64,000 bases of DNA, taken from assembly GCA_002071335.1 (NCBI GenBank), contig MWEZ01000001.1, positions 7,262-71,261 of the forward strand, given 5' to 3'. This DNA is from Verrucomicrobia bacterium ADurb.Bin018 (GTDB lineage: Bacteria; Verrucomicrobiota; Kiritimatiellia; CAIQIC01; Lenti-01). Position numbers and translations under genes: made by a program. Below, piece by piece: positions 19,179 through 28,929 of the stretch. The notes under the pieces are model-generated. The model was not told the DNA's origin and did not search any database. It saw nothing but the letters and a program-made list of their open reading frames with translations. Each line of letters begins with the position of its first letter. Within the stretch, counting starts at the first letter, position 1.

Positions 19179-21818
19179 ATGATGACAGCCGCCCAGATTC
19201 GCCAATCGTTCCTCGACTTTTTTGCGTCGAAGGACCACGAGATTGTGCCGTCGTCGCCCGTGGTGCTGCCGACGGACCCCACGCTGCTGTTTGCCAACGC
19301 GGGCATGAACCAGTTCAAGGAGATTTTCCTCGGCGCGCGCAAGTCGTCGTGGAAGCGGGTGGCCAACACGCAAAAGTGCATCCGCGTGTCCGGCAAGCAC
19401 AACGACTTGGAGGAAGTGGGCCGCGACACCTATCACCACACCTTTTTCGAAATGCTCGGCAACTGGTCGTTTGGCGACTACTACAAGCGCGAGGCCATCA
19501 CGTGGGCGTGGGAACTGCTGACTGTCGTCTGGAAGCTGCCCAAAAACCGGCTCTGGGCCACGGTGTTCACCACCGATGACGAAGCCGCCGACATCTGGCG
19601 CACCTGCACCGATATTGATCCCAGCCACATCCTGCGCTTCGGCGAAAAGGACAACTTCTGGGAAATGGGCGAGACCGGCCCCTGCGGCCCCTGCTCGGAA
19701 ATCCATTTTGACCTGACCCCCGACGGCTGCACGCCGGACATGATCAACGCCGGCTCGCCGCTGGTGATCGAAATCTGGAACAACGTTTTCATGCAGTACA
19801 ACCGCAAGTCCGACGGCTCGCTCGACGAGCTGCCGGCCAAGTGCGTGGATACCGGCATGGGTTTCGAGCGCGTGGTGGCGGTCATCCAGGGCAAGACCTC
19901 CAACTACGACACGGATGTGTTCATGCCGCTGATCGAGGCCGTGGCCGCGCTTTCCGGCAAGGCCTACACCGAAGGCGAAAACGCCGTGGCCATGCGCGTG
20001 ATTGCCGACCACCTGCGCGCGCTGTCCTTTGCCATCGCCGATGGCGTCATGCCCGGCAACGAGGGCCGCGGCTACGTGCTGCGCCGGCTGCTGCGCCGCG
20101 CCGCGCGCTACGGCCGCAACCTCGGCCTCACCAAGCCGTTCCTGTGCGAGCTGTTCCCCGTGCTGGAAAAACAAATGGGCGGCTTCTTCCCCGAGCTGAC
20201 CGCGCGCCGCAACGAGATCGTCCGCGCGCTGCGCGCCGAGGAGGAATCCTTTGCCGCCACGCTGGACCGCGGCATTGCGCACTTCAACGAGGTAATCGAA
20301 AAACTCGGCTCCGCTGGCAACAAGCTGTTCCCCGGCTCCGAGGCGTTCAAGCTCTACGACACCTACGGCTTCCCGCTCGACCTCACCGTGTTGATGGCGC
20401 AGGAAAAGGGCTTCCAAATTGATGCGCCCGCCTTCGAACGCTTCATGGCCGAGCAGCGCGCCCGCGCCCGCGCTGCGCGCAAGGACAACGCCGCCGCCGA
20501 CAACGACCTGATTGCCCACTTCGTGGAGCAAGGGCTGCAAACCACCTTTACCGGTTATACTTCGCTGACCACCGGCACCTCGCTGGTGGCGCTGCTGGCC
20601 GACGGGCAGATTGTGGATACGCTGGCCACCGGCCAAACCGCCGACCTGCTGCTGGCGCAAACCCCGTTCTATGCCGAGGCCGGCGGCCAAGTCGGCGACA
20701 CGGGCGTGATCACCACCTGCCAGGGCGCGCGGTTTGAAGTCACCGACACCCAAAAGCCCGCGCAGGGCATCATCCTGCACCGCGGCAAGCTGGTGGCCGG
20801 CACCCTCGCCAAGGGCGCAGCCGTGGTGGCCACGGTGGATGAGGAACGTCGCGCGGCCATCCGCCGCAACCACACCGCCACCCACCTGCTCAACGCCGCG
20901 CTGCGCAAGGTGCTCGCCAACGATTCGCTCAAGCAGGCCGGCTCCTATGTGGATGCCGAGCGGCTGCGCTTCGACTTCACCTCTTTCGAGGCGCTGACCC
21001 CGGCGCAGTTGGCAGCCATCGAGCGGCAGGTCACGGAGTTCGTCATCGCCAACCGCGCAGTCAAAACCTACGAAATCCCGCTGAAGGATGTGCCCGGCTC
21101 CGGAATCATTGCCGTGTTCGATGAAAAATATGGCGACATCGTGCGCGTGGTGGAAACCGAAGGCATCTCGCGCGAGCTGTGCGGCGGCACCCACGTCGAA
21201 CGCAGCGGCGACATTGGCCCCTTCCGTATTCTGGCGGAGACCTCCATTGCCGCCGGCATCCGGCGCATCGAGGCGCAGGCCGGCCTGCCCGCCTGCGACC
21301 ATACCGCGCACGAGCACGGCATCCTGTCCGATTTGGCACACCGCCTCTCCGTGGCCCCCGCCGATCTGCCGCCGCGTCTCGAAGCCCTGCAGCAGCACGC
21401 CCACCAGTTGGAAAAAGAATTGAAGGCCCTCGCGCAGAAAAACGCGCTGGAAAAAGGCGCGGCGCTGGCCGCCAAGTTTGCGCCCATCGGCGGCATTCCG
21501 GTGCTGATTGAAAGTGTCGGCGAACTGGAAGCTGAGCCGCTGCGCGCGCTGGTGGAAAGCCTGCGCAAGCAAACGCCGGAGAGCGTGATCCTGCTGGCAG
21601 CCACCGCCGAGGACAAGGTGACGTTCATCCTCAACGCGGGCCCCGCGGCGCAGGCCAAGGGTGTCCACGCGGGCAAGCTGGTGGGCGCCATCGCCAAGCT
21701 GACCGGCGGCGGCGGCGGCGGCAAGCCGGACAAGGCGCAGGCCGGCGGCAAGGACGCGGCGAAGCTGCCCGCGGCCCTCGCCCACGCCCGCGAATTGATC
21801 GCCCAAGCGCTGGGCTGA
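19179..21818 (+). CDS. alaS: alanine--tRNA ligase
   Basis: Class II AlaRS blocks, editing domain, C-terminal DHHA1. Start trimmed to ATG 19179, which has an AGGAG RBS. Confidence 0.9.
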   Translation: MMTAAQIRQSFLDFFASKDHEIVPSSPVVLPTDPTLLFANAGMNQFKEIFLGARKSSWKRVANTQKCIRVSGKHNDLEEVGRDTYHHTFFEMLGNWSFGDYYKREAITWAWELLTVVWKLPKNRLWATVFTTDDEAADIWRTCTDIDPSHILRFGEKDNFWEMGETGPCGPCSEIHFDLTPDGCTPDMINAGSPLVIEIWNNVFMQYNRKSDGSLDELPAKCVDTGMGFERVVAVIQGKTSNYDTDVFMPLIEAVAALSGKAYTEGENAVAMRVIADHLRALSFAIADGVMPGNEGRGYVLRRLLRRAARYGRNLGLTKPFLCELFPVLEKQMGGFFPELTARRNEIVRALRAEEESFAATLDRGIAHFNEVIEKLGSAGNKLFPGSEAFKLYDTYGFPLDLTVLMAQEKGFQIDAPAFERFMAEQRARARAARKDNAAADNDLIAHFVEQGLQTTFTGYTSLTTGTSLVALLADGQIVDTLATGQTADLLLAQTPFYAEAGGQVGDTGVITTCQGARFEVTDTQKPAQGIILHRGKLVAGTLAKGAAVVATVDEERRAAIRRNHTATHLLNAALRKVLANDSLKQAGSYVDAERLRFDFTSFEALTPAQLAAIERQVTEFVIANRAVKTYEIPLKDVPGSGIIAVFDEKYGDIVRVVETEGISRELCGGTHVERSGDIGPFRILAETSIAAGIRRIEAQAGLPACDHTAHEHGILSDLAHRLSVAPADLPPRLEALQQHAHQLEKELKALAQKNALEKGAALAAKFAPIGGIPVLIESVGELEAEPLRALVESLRKQTPESVILLAATAEDKVTFILNAGPAAQAKGVHAGKLVGAIAKLTGGGGGGKPDKAQAGGKDAAKLPAALAHARELIAQALG

Positions 21819-21921
21819 ACGCCCGCCCCCGCCGTACCCCCGCCCCCGGCGCGAAAAGTGTTTGCGCGACGGCGCAGGTGGCTATAATGAGCCCGATCAT
21901 TTTCAAGGAAGGACCGCGCAC

Positions 21922-22758
21922 ATGCCCACACCCATTATTGCCGTTGCCAACCAAAAAGGCGGCGTAGGCAAGACCACGACGGCCGTCAATCTGGCCGCCT
22001 GCCTCGCGGAACGGCGCAAGAAAATCCTGCTGGTGGATTTGGACCCGCAAGCCAACGCCACCAGCGGCCTCGGCCTGGCCAAAACCGAGGGCGCGAGCAT
22101 CTACGACAGCCTGCTGGGCGACCGCCCGCTGCAGGAGATCATTCAGCCGTCCGCCGATTCCCGGCTGGATGTGGTGGCGTCCGAGGTGGATTTGGCCGGC
22201 GCGGAAATCGAAGTGGCCCGCGCGGAGCACCACCTGCTGCGGCTGGCCATGGCGCTGGCCCCCCTGGCCGCGCAGAATCACTACGACTTTATTTTTGTGG
22301 ATTGCCCGCCCTCACTGGGCATCCTGACGATGAACGCGCTGCACGCGGCGGATGGACTGCTCATCCCCATGCAGTGCGAATATTACGCGCTGGAAGGCAT
22401 CAGCGTGATTTTGAACTTGGTCCACAAGCTGCACGATAGCGGCGCGGCGCCACGGTTGGCCGTCGAGGGCATCGTGATGACGATGTATGACATGCGCACC
22501 AACCTCTCGCAGCAGGTGGTTGGCGAAATCCGCACCCACTTCCCGGACAAAATTTACGACTCGCTCATCCCGCGCTCGGTGCGGCTGGCGGAAGCGCCGT
22601 CGCACGGGCTGCCCATCATTGCCTATGACCCCAACTGCACGGGCGCGGCGGCCTATCGGCAACTGGCCCGCGAATTCCTGAAGCGCCGCAAAACTGCCGT
22701 GGAACCCGCCGGCGCGGACGCCCCCCCCGCCCCCGCCCCGGACGCCCCGCCGGCGTAA
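21922..22758 (+). CDS. parA: chromosome-partitioning ATPase ParA/Soj family (no adjacent parB)
   Basis: Deviant Walker A KGGVGKTT. Typical Soj N-terminus. Start trimmed to MPTPIIAV. Confidence 0.8.
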   Translation: MPTPIIAVANQKGGVGKTTTAVNLAACLAERRKKILLVDLDPQANATSGLGLAKTEGASIYDSLLGDRPLQEIIQPSADSRLDVVASEVDLAGAEIEVARAEHHLLRLAMALAPLAAQNHYDFIFVDCPPSLGILTMNALHAADGLLIPMQCEYYALEGISVILNLVHKLHDSGAAPRLAVEGIVMTMYDMRTNLSQQVVGEIRTHFPDKIYDSLIPRSVRLAEAPSHGLPIIAYDPNCTGAAAYRQLAREFLKRRKTAVEPAGADAPPAPAPDAPPA

Positions 22759-23585
22759 TGGAGGCCGCCCCCACCATCATGGCGGCCACGGGTCATCTGC
22801 GGGTGTGCGTGCTGGCGTCGGGCAGCAGCGGCAACTGCATCTATGTGGAAAGCCCCACCACCGCGGTGCTGATTGATGCCGGCCTCTCCGCACGCGAAAC
22901 CCTGCGCCGCCTCACCGCCATCGGGCGCGAGCCGGCGCGGATTCAAGCCATTTGCATCACGCACGATCACAGCGACCACGTGGCTGGCGTGCCCCGCCTG
23001 CACAAACTGCACGGCTGGGAACTCTACGCCAACGGGGACACCGCCCGCGCCGTGGATCCCAAACAGCAATTGCCGTGGCGGCTGTTCACCGCCGGCTCGC
23101 GCTTCCAAATCGGCGATATTGAGCTGCTGCCGTTCTCACTGCCGCACGATGCCTACGACCCCGTGGGCTTTGTGCTGACCCACGGCCGCAGCCGGCTGGG
23201 CATCGCCACCGATCTCGGCATGGCCACGCAGCTCGCCCGCCACCATCTGCGCGGCTGCCACCTGCTGGTGCTGGAGGCCAACCACGATGAAGTGATGGTG
23301 AAAAACTCGTTCCGCCCGTGGGAACTCAAGCGGCGCATTTTGAGCCGGCAGGGGCATCTCTCCAACGAAACCGCCGCCGAGCTGCTGGTGGACGTGGCCG
23401 GTGACACCTTGCAGCAGGTGTTCCTGGCGCACTTGAGCAGCGAGTGCAACAACGTTGACCTGGCCCTGCATACCGTGCGCACGCGTCTGACCGCCGCCGG
23501 CTTCGGCCACGTGCACGTGCGTCCCACCCACCCCGACCGGCCCAGTGAATTTGGCGAACTCTTTTTTGACAACCCCGCAGGCTGA
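22758..23585 (+). CDS. MBL-fold metallo-hydrolase
   Basis: HxHxDH motif (ITHDHSDH). Confidence 0.7.
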   Translation: MEAAPTIMAATGHLRVCVLASGSSGNCIYVESPTTAVLIDAGLSARETLRRLTAIGREPARIQAICITHDHSDHVAGVPRLHKLHGWELYANGDTARAVDPKQQLPWRLFTAGSRFQIGDIELLPFSLPHDAYDPVGFVLTHGRSRLGIATDLGMATQLARHHLRGCHLLVLEANHDEVMVKNSFRPWELKRRILSRQGHLSNETAAELLVDVAGDTLQQVFLAHLSSECNNVDLALHTVRTRLTAAGFGHVHVRPTHPDRPSEFGELFFDNPAG

Positions 23586-23586
23586 T

Positions 23587-25308
23587 ATGCAAACCATCCA
23601 AGACCTCCTTTCCGAACAAGTCCGCGCGGCGTTTGCCGCGGCATTCCCCGGCGCGGACCTCGCCGGTCTGCCGCTGGCCGCCACCCCCGCCGGTGATGAA
23701 GCTTTTGGCGATTACCAATCCAACGGCGCAATGGCCGCCGCCAAGGTGCTGCGCCAACCGCCGCGCCAAGTAGCCGAACAGGTGGTCCGCCACCTACCGA
23801 CCGGCGACCTGCTGGCCAAGGTGGAGATCGCCGGCCCCGGCTTCATCAACATGACGCTGGCGGATGACGCACTGGCGCGGCACGTGGCCGCCATGCAGGA
23901 TGATCCGCACGTGGGCCTGCCGCAATCCGGCGCCGGCCGGCGGCTCATTCTGGACTATTCCGCCCCCAACGTCGCCAAGCCGATGCACATTGCGCACATC
24001 CGCTCCACGGTCATTGGCGATGCACTCAAACGCATCTACCGCGCGCTTGGCTACGAGGTGCTCGGCGACAACCATTTGGGCGACTGGGGTACGCAGTTCG
24101 GCATTCTGATCATGGGCTACCGCCACTTTTTGGACAAAGCAGCACTGGCGGCCTCGCCGGTGGATGAGCTGCAACGGGTGTATGTGCTCTCGCACCAGCG
24201 TTGCGAAGAGAACCCCGCGTGGCAAGACCAAGCGCGCGCGGAATTGGTCAAGCTACAAGCGGGCGACCCGGAAAACCGCGCGCTGTGGCAAACCTTCATT
24301 GATTTGTCGCTGGAGGAATTCAACCGGATTTACGCGCGGCTGGGCGTGTCGTTTGAGTTGATCCGCGGCGAATCCTATTACAACGATGCCCTCCCCGGTG
24401 TGGTGCAAAAGCTGCAAGACCTTGGTCTCGTGCGCGAGAGCGAAGGCGCGCTGGTGGCATTTCTGGACGACGAAAAATTGCCGCCGTGCATCGTGCGCAA
24501 ATCCGACGGCGGCTACAACTACGCCACGACGGACCTCGCCACCGTGTTCTCCCGCGAGCAGGAATTCCAGCCCGCCGCCATTTTGTATGTGACGGATGAA
24601 CGCCAGCAGTTGCACTTCCGGCAGTTTTTTGCCATCGCCCGCAAGGCGGGCGTGACCACGCCGCTGCGGCATATCTGGTTCGGGCTGATGCGATTGCCGG
24701 AGGGTCTGCTCTCCACCCGCAAAGGCACTGCCATCAAGCTGGACCTGCTGCTGGACGAAGCCGAAAAGCGTGCGCTGGAACTGGTGCGACAGGCCTCGCC
24801 CGACATGCCCGAAGCCCAACAGCAGGCCGTGGCGCGCGCGGTGGGCATCGGCGCGGTGAAATATGCGGACCTCTCGCAAAACCCGCAGTCCGCCGTCAGC
24901 TTCACGTGGGAAAAAGCGCTGGCCATGGACGGCAATTCCGCGCCTTATTTGCAATATGCCTACGCGCGCATCGCCTCGGTGCTGGACAAGCACGCGGAGC
25001 GCTTTCCGGGCCACGACTGGTGTGCCGCACCGCTGGTGTTGGACTCGCCCCACGCCCGTCGGCTGGCGCTGCGGCTGGCGCGATATTCCGGTGCGGTGTG
25101 CGCCGCTGCCGCGCAGGAAAAACCGTCGCTGCTGGCGGATGCACTCTACGATTTGTCGCAGGCGTATTCCTCGTTCTACCAGAACGTGCCGTTCCTCAAA
25201 GCGGAGGCTGGCCTGCGCGAAAGCCGCGTGCGGCTCTGCGCACTGACCGCCAAGGTGCTGCGTCACGGCTTGGGCTTGCTGGGCATCGAGACGCCCGACC
25301 GGATTTGA
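23587..25308 (+). CDS. argS: arginine--tRNA ligase
   Basis: HIGH-type motif (PNVAKPMHIAH). DALY anticodon-binding domain. Start trimmed to MQTIQDLL. Confidence 0.9.
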   Translation: MQTIQDLLSEQVRAAFAAAFPGADLAGLPLAATPAGDEAFGDYQSNGAMAAAKVLRQPPRQVAEQVVRHLPTGDLLAKVEIAGPGFINMTLADDALARHVAAMQDDPHVGLPQSGAGRRLILDYSAPNVAKPMHIAHIRSTVIGDALKRIYRALGYEVLGDNHLGDWGTQFGILIMGYRHFLDKAALAASPVDELQRVYVLSHQRCEENPAWQDQARAELVKLQAGDPENRALWQTFIDLSLEEFNRIYARLGVSFELIRGESYYNDALPGVVQKLQDLGLVRESEGALVAFLDDEKLPPCIVRKSDGGYNYATTDLATVFSREQEFQPAAILYVTDERQQLHFRQFFAIARKAGVTTPLRHIWFGLMRLPEGLLSTRKGTAIKLDLLLDEAEKRALELVRQASPDMPEAQQQAVARAVGIGAVKYADLSQNPQSAVSFTWEKALAMDGNSAPYLQYAYARIASVLDKHAERFPGHDWCAAPLVLDSPHARRLALRLARYSGAVCAAAAQEKPSLLADALYDLSQAYSSFYQNVPFLKAEAGLRESRVRLCALTAKVLRHGLGLLGIETPDRI

Positions 25309-25314
25309 ATCGCG

Positions 25315-25630
25315 GTAGGGCGGGAACGGTTGAGGAACGAAACTTTCCCGCCGAGAAAGCGGCTGGAAGATCTGCAACCGTTCTAGCCCTACAAACCAAA
25401 CCCGAACACAAACCAAACCCGGCTGCTTTTGTAGGGCGGGAATGGTTGAGGAACGAAACCTTCCCGCCGAGAAAGCGGCTGGAAGATCTGCGACCGTTCC
25501 AGCTCTACAAATCAAACCCGGACACAAACCAAACCCGGCTGCTTTTGTAGGGCGGGAATGGTTGAGGAACGAAACCTTCCCGCCGGAAAAGGCTGGAAGG
25601 TCTGCGACCATTCCAGCCCTACAAACCAAA
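25315..25630. repeat. tandem array (about 2.5-3 copies, unit about 116 bp) of a REP/BIME-like element carrying two GC-rich stem-loops (GGCTGGAA...TTCCAGCC and GGGCGGGAA...TTCCCGCC)
   Basis: Direct repeats read from the sequence. A related single copy lies at 48792-48876. Sits at the convergent junction of argS and rplQ. Confidence 0.75.
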
Positions 25631-25651
25631 CGGCATCCGTTGCCGGATGCC
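25622..25651 (-). terminator. putative rho-independent terminator after rplQ
   Basis: Hairpin GGCATCCG-TTGC-CGGATGCC followed on the minus strand by TTTGGTTTG. Confidence 0.45.
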
Positions 25652-25679
25652 GTCAGGGGAAAACCGCTGGTTGGGCGGC

Positions 25680-26150
25680 TTACTTTTTGTCGTCCTTCTT
25701 GGACGTTTTCTTGGAATCCTTTTTGGCTTCCTTCTTGTCGTCCTTCTTGGGCTCCTTGGCATCCTTTTTGCCCTTGGCCTTGGCTTCCGGCGGCACAAAG
25801 TCCACCCACTCCAGCAGGCACATTTCGCTGCTGTCGCTCATGCGCTTGCCGAGCTTGATGACGCGGGTATAGCCGCCCTTGCGCTCAGCCATGGCCGGCG
25901 CAACGGCGCTGAACAGTTCCTGGACGGCTTTTTCGAGGCGCAGGGTGGCGATCGCCTGCCGGCGAGCCGCCAGCGTGCCCTTCTTGCCCAGCGTGACCAT
26001 CTTGTCGGCCAGACGCTTGGCAGCGCGGGCCTTGGGCAGGGTGGTCTTGATGCGCTTGGCGAGGATCAGATTGCAGACCAGGCTGGCCATCAGCGCCGAG
26101 CGCTGCGCCGTGGTCCGGCCAAGTTTTACGGTGTTCTTGCGATGACGCAT
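25680..26150 (-). CDS. rplQ: 50S ribosomal protein L17 (Lys-rich C-terminal extension)
   Basis: MRHRKNTVKLGRT N-terminus. KKD/KKE-rich tail. Confidence 0.9.
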   Translation of the reverse strand: MRHRKNTVKLGRTTAQRSALMASLVCNLILAKRIKTTLPKARAAKRLADKMVTLGKKGTLAARRQAIATLRLEKAVQELFSAVAPAMAERKGGYTRVIKLGKRMSDSSEMCLLEWVDFVPPEAKAKGKKDAKEPKKDDKKEAKKDSKKTSKKDDKK

Positions 26151-26169
26151 GGCGAGTCTCCTGTCTCTC

Positions 26170-27177
26170 TTATTCCTCGGCGGGCTGGGTCATGTTCAGC
26201 AGCTCGGCATCGAAGGTCATGCCCAAGGACAGACCCAGTTCGGCCAGCTTCTGTTTGATTTCGTTCAGCGACTTCTTGCCGAAGTTGCGGTACTTGAGCA
26301 TTTCGTTCTCGGTCTTCTGCGCCAGCTCGCCGACGGTGGTGATGTTGGCGTTGTTGAGGCAGTTGGCCGCGCGGACGCTCAGTTCGATTTCGTTAACGCT
26401 GATGGCCAGCTTGCGGGCCAGCTCTTCGCGGGCGGGGTCCACCGCCTTTTCGCTTTCCTGGAACTCGGCGATATCCTTGTCGAAGTTCACGAACACGTCG
26501 AGGTGGTGGCGCAAGATCGCGGCGGAAAGGGTCAGCGCCTCATCGGGGCTGATGCGGCCGTCGGTCCAGATTTCCAGGGTGAGCTTGTCGTAATCGGTGC
26601 GGCGACCCACGCGGGTGTCATCCACGGTGTACTTGACGCGGCGCACGGGGGAGAACAGCGAGTCAATCGGAATCAGGCCGATTTCCTGATCGGGCTGTTT
26701 GTTCCAGTCGGCGGGGCAATAGCCGCGGCCGATTTTGACTTCGACTTCGGCGTCAAACACGCCGTCACCATCGAGGGTGCAGATGTGCTGGTCGGGATTG
26801 AGCACCTCGGCGGTGTTGTCGCACTGGATGTCGCGCGCGGTGACATCGCCCGCGCCTTTGACCTTGATGCGGAACGTGCGCGGCTGGCGGGTGTAGAGCT
26901 TGAAGAGCACCTTCTTGAGGTTGAGGATGATGTCGGTGACATCTTCCACGCAGCCCTTCAGGTGGCAGAATTCGTGCTCGGCACCCTGGATGCGCACGGA
27001 GGTGATCGCGGCGCCTTCGAGCGACGACAACAGCACGCGACGCAGGGAGTTGCCGAGCGTGCGGCCATAGCCGGCCTCAAACGGCTCGGCGATGAATTGG
27101 GCATAGGTCGAGGTGGCCGTGGCTTCGTCCTTGACGACGAACTTGGGCATCTCGAAACGGTTGAGACGCGTAGTCAT
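26170..27177 (-). CDS. rpoA: DNA-directed RNA polymerase subunit alpha
   Basis: 335 aa with an alpha-NTD/CTD pattern, in the conserved operon position. Confidence 0.9.
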   Translation of the reverse strand: MTTRLNRFEMPKFVVKDEATATSTYAQFIAEPFEAGYGRTLGNSLRRVLLSSLEGAAITSVRIQGAEHEFCHLKGCVEDVTDIILNLKKVLFKLYTRQPRTFRIKVKGAGDVTARDIQCDNTAEVLNPDQHICTLDGDGVFDAEVEVKIGRGYCPADWNKQPDQEIGLIPIDSLFSPVRRVKYTVDDTRVGRRTDYDKLTLEIWTDGRISPDEALTLSAAILRHHLDVFVNFDKDIAEFQESEKAVDPAREELARKLAISVNEIELSVRAANCLNNANITTVGELAQKTENEMLKYRNFGKKSLNEIKQKLAELGLSLGMTFDAELLNMTQPAEE

Positions 27178-27238
27178 GTAGTTCTCCTTCCAGTCCCGGG
27201 CATTAACCGGAACATATGGCGGTTTGGGTTGTTACTGT

Positions 27239-27865
27239 TTACTTGGAATACAATTCGACGATCAACTGCTCGTTGACGATCGGCGCGATTTCCTCGCGGC
27301 TCGGCACGTGCAGGATTTCGGCCTTGTGTTCGGCCTTATCCACGTTGAGCCAGACCGGCCAGCCGCGGCTTTCTGCTGCGTCGAGGTGGGCCTTGGCGTA
27401 GTCGCGGCTGCGCTTGGCCTCGCGGGCCTGGATGACGTCGCCGGGCTTGCACTTGTAGGACGGGATGTTGACCTTCTGGCCGTTGACGCGGATGTGGCCA
27501 TGGCGCACGAATTGGCGCGCAGAACGGCGCGAGGGCGCGAAACCAATGCGGTAGACGAGGTTGTCCAGACGCATTTCGAGCGCCTGCAGGAGGACTTCGC
27601 CGGTGACGCCGCGGGAGCGCAGCGCGCGCTGGAAGAACAACCGGAACTGCCCTTCCTGCATGCCGTACATGTTGCGCAGCCGCTGCTTTTCCTGCAACTG
27701 CAAGCCGTAATCCTTCAGGCGCGGGCGGCGGCCGCCGTGCATCCCGGGGATGGAGTGCCCCTGCTCAATCGGGCACTTGGCCATGTAGCAACGGTCGCCC
27801 TTCAAAAATAGTTTTACGCCCAGCCGGCGGCAACGCTTGCAGGCGGGTCCAATATATCTGCCCAT
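27239..27865 (-). CDS. rpsD: 30S ribosomal protein S4
   Basis: MGRYIGPACKRCRR N-terminus. Confidence 0.9.
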   Translation of the reverse strand: MGRYIGPACKRCRRLGVKLFLKGDRCYMAKCPIEQGHSIPGMHGGRRPRLKDYGLQLQEKQRLRNMYGMQEGQFRLFFQRALRSRGVTGEVLLQALEMRLDNLVYRIGFAPSRRSARQFVRHGHIRVNGQKVNIPSYKCKPGDVIQAREAKRSRDYAKAHLDAAESRGWPVWLNVDKAEHKAEILHVPSREEIAPIVNEQLIVELYSK

Positions 27866-27892
27866 GAACTCTGTCCTTCCTCTTACTCTTGT

Positions 27893-28366
27893 TTAGACGC
27901 GGCGGCGCTTGCGGGCGCGGCAGCCGTTGTGCGGCACCGGCGTGATATCCTTGATGCCTGTGATCGTCAGGCCGGCGGCCTGCACGGCGCGGATGGCGGA
28001 TTCGCGGCCGGAGCCGGGCCCCTGCACGCGCACTTCCACTTCGTGCATGCCGAAGCCAACGGCCACCTTGCAGGCTTCCTGGGCGACCACGGTGCCGGCG
28101 TAGGCCGTGCTCTTGCGCGAGCCCTTGAAGCCGCAACGTCCGCCGCTGCTCCACGAAATGACGTTGCCGCGCGGATCGGTGATGCTGACGGTGGTGTTGT
28201 TGAACGAAGCGAGGATATGCACCACGCCCACGGGAACGTTCTTGGCGCCCTTGACGCGGCGGCGCTTGACTTCGCCTTCGGCGGCGGGGGTTTCGGCGGC
28301 TGGCGCAGCTTCGGCGGCGGCAGGAGCCGGGGCGGACTTCACTTCATCTTTGATTTCTTCAGCCAT
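27893..28366 (-). CDS. rpsK: 30S ribosomal protein S11 (Ala/Pro-rich N-terminal extension)
   Basis: [18 protein letters not shown] core. Confidence 0.9.
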   Translation of the reverse strand: MAEEIKDEVKSAPAPAAAEAAPAAETPAAEGEVKRRRVKGAKNVPVGVVHILASFNNTTVSITDPRGNVISWSSGGRCGFKGSRKSTAYAGTVVAQEACKVAVGFGMHEVEVRVQGPGSGRESAIRAVQAAGLTITGIKDITPVPHNGCRARKRRRV

Positions 28367-28376
28367 GGTTCAATCC

Positions 28377-28787
28377 TTATTTGGCGGCGGGGGCAGACTT
28401 GGCTGCCGAGCGGGCTTCCTTGCCGCGGACGGCGCCGACGGTCTTGCGTGGCCCCTTGCGGGTGCGGGCATTGGTGCTGGTGCGCTGGCCGCGCACGGGC
28501 AGGCCCTTGCGGTGGCGGATGCCCCGGTAGCAGTTGACAGCAATCAACCGGCGGATGTTGCCGGCCACGCCGCGGCGCAGATCGCCTTCCACCACATATT
28601 CTTCCTGCAGCATCTTGGAGAGCGTGGCGATTTCTTCGCCCGTCAAGTCGTCAGCCTTCTTGGCCGGATCAATCTTGAGGCGCGCCACCAGTTCCTTGGC
28701 GCGGGTGGGACCGACGCCATAAATGTATTGCAGCGCGTACTCCACGCGCTTTTTCCCGGGAATATCTACACCAATCACTCTGGGCAT
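28377..28787 (-). CDS. rpsM: 30S ribosomal protein S13
   Basis: [26 protein letters not shown]. Start trimmed. Confidence 0.9.
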   Translation of the reverse strand: MPRVIGVDIPGKKRVEYALQYIYGVGPTRAKELVARLKIDPAKKADDLTGEEIATLSKMLQEEYVVEGDLRRGVAGNIRRLIAVNCYRGIRHRKGLPVRGQRTSTNARTRKGPRKTVGAVRGKEARSAAKSAPAAK

Positions 28788-28806
28788 GTTCGTATTTCTC
28801 CTGACC

Positions 28807-28920
28807 TTATCCTTGGCGCTGCTTATGGCGCAAATCGGTGCAAATGACCCGCACCACGCCCTTGCGACGCACAATCTTGCAGCGCTCGCAAATCCGCTTT
28901 ACCGATGTTCTGACTTTCAT
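28807..28920 (-). CDS. rpmJ: 50S ribosomal protein L36
   Basis: Manually translated as [37 protein letters not shown]. Not present in the ORF track. Confidence 0.85.
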   Translation of the reverse strand: MKVRTSVKRICERCKIVRRKGVVRVICTDLRHKQRQG

Positions 28921-28929
28921 CTTCCAACC

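Noticed and set aside
18756-19429. Several short ORFs translating as FSTVWKN / FFHSVEK repeats
   Set aside because: They are translations of the DnaA-box-like palindromic array, not genes.
18783-21806. 1007-aa ORF on the minus strand
   Set aside because: It is fully antisense to alaS, Gly/Ala/Arg-rich and low-complexity. This is a typical spurious long ORF in high-GC DNA.
25315-25630. Possible CRISPR array
   Set aside because: The repeat units are about 116 bp, directly contiguous and near-identical, with no unique spacers. They have internal double stem-loops, so they are REP-like rather than CRISPR.
24253-25821. 522-aa minus-strand ORF
   Set aside because: It is antisense to argS and reads through the REP-like repeat array. 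It is repeat-derived low-complexity sequence.
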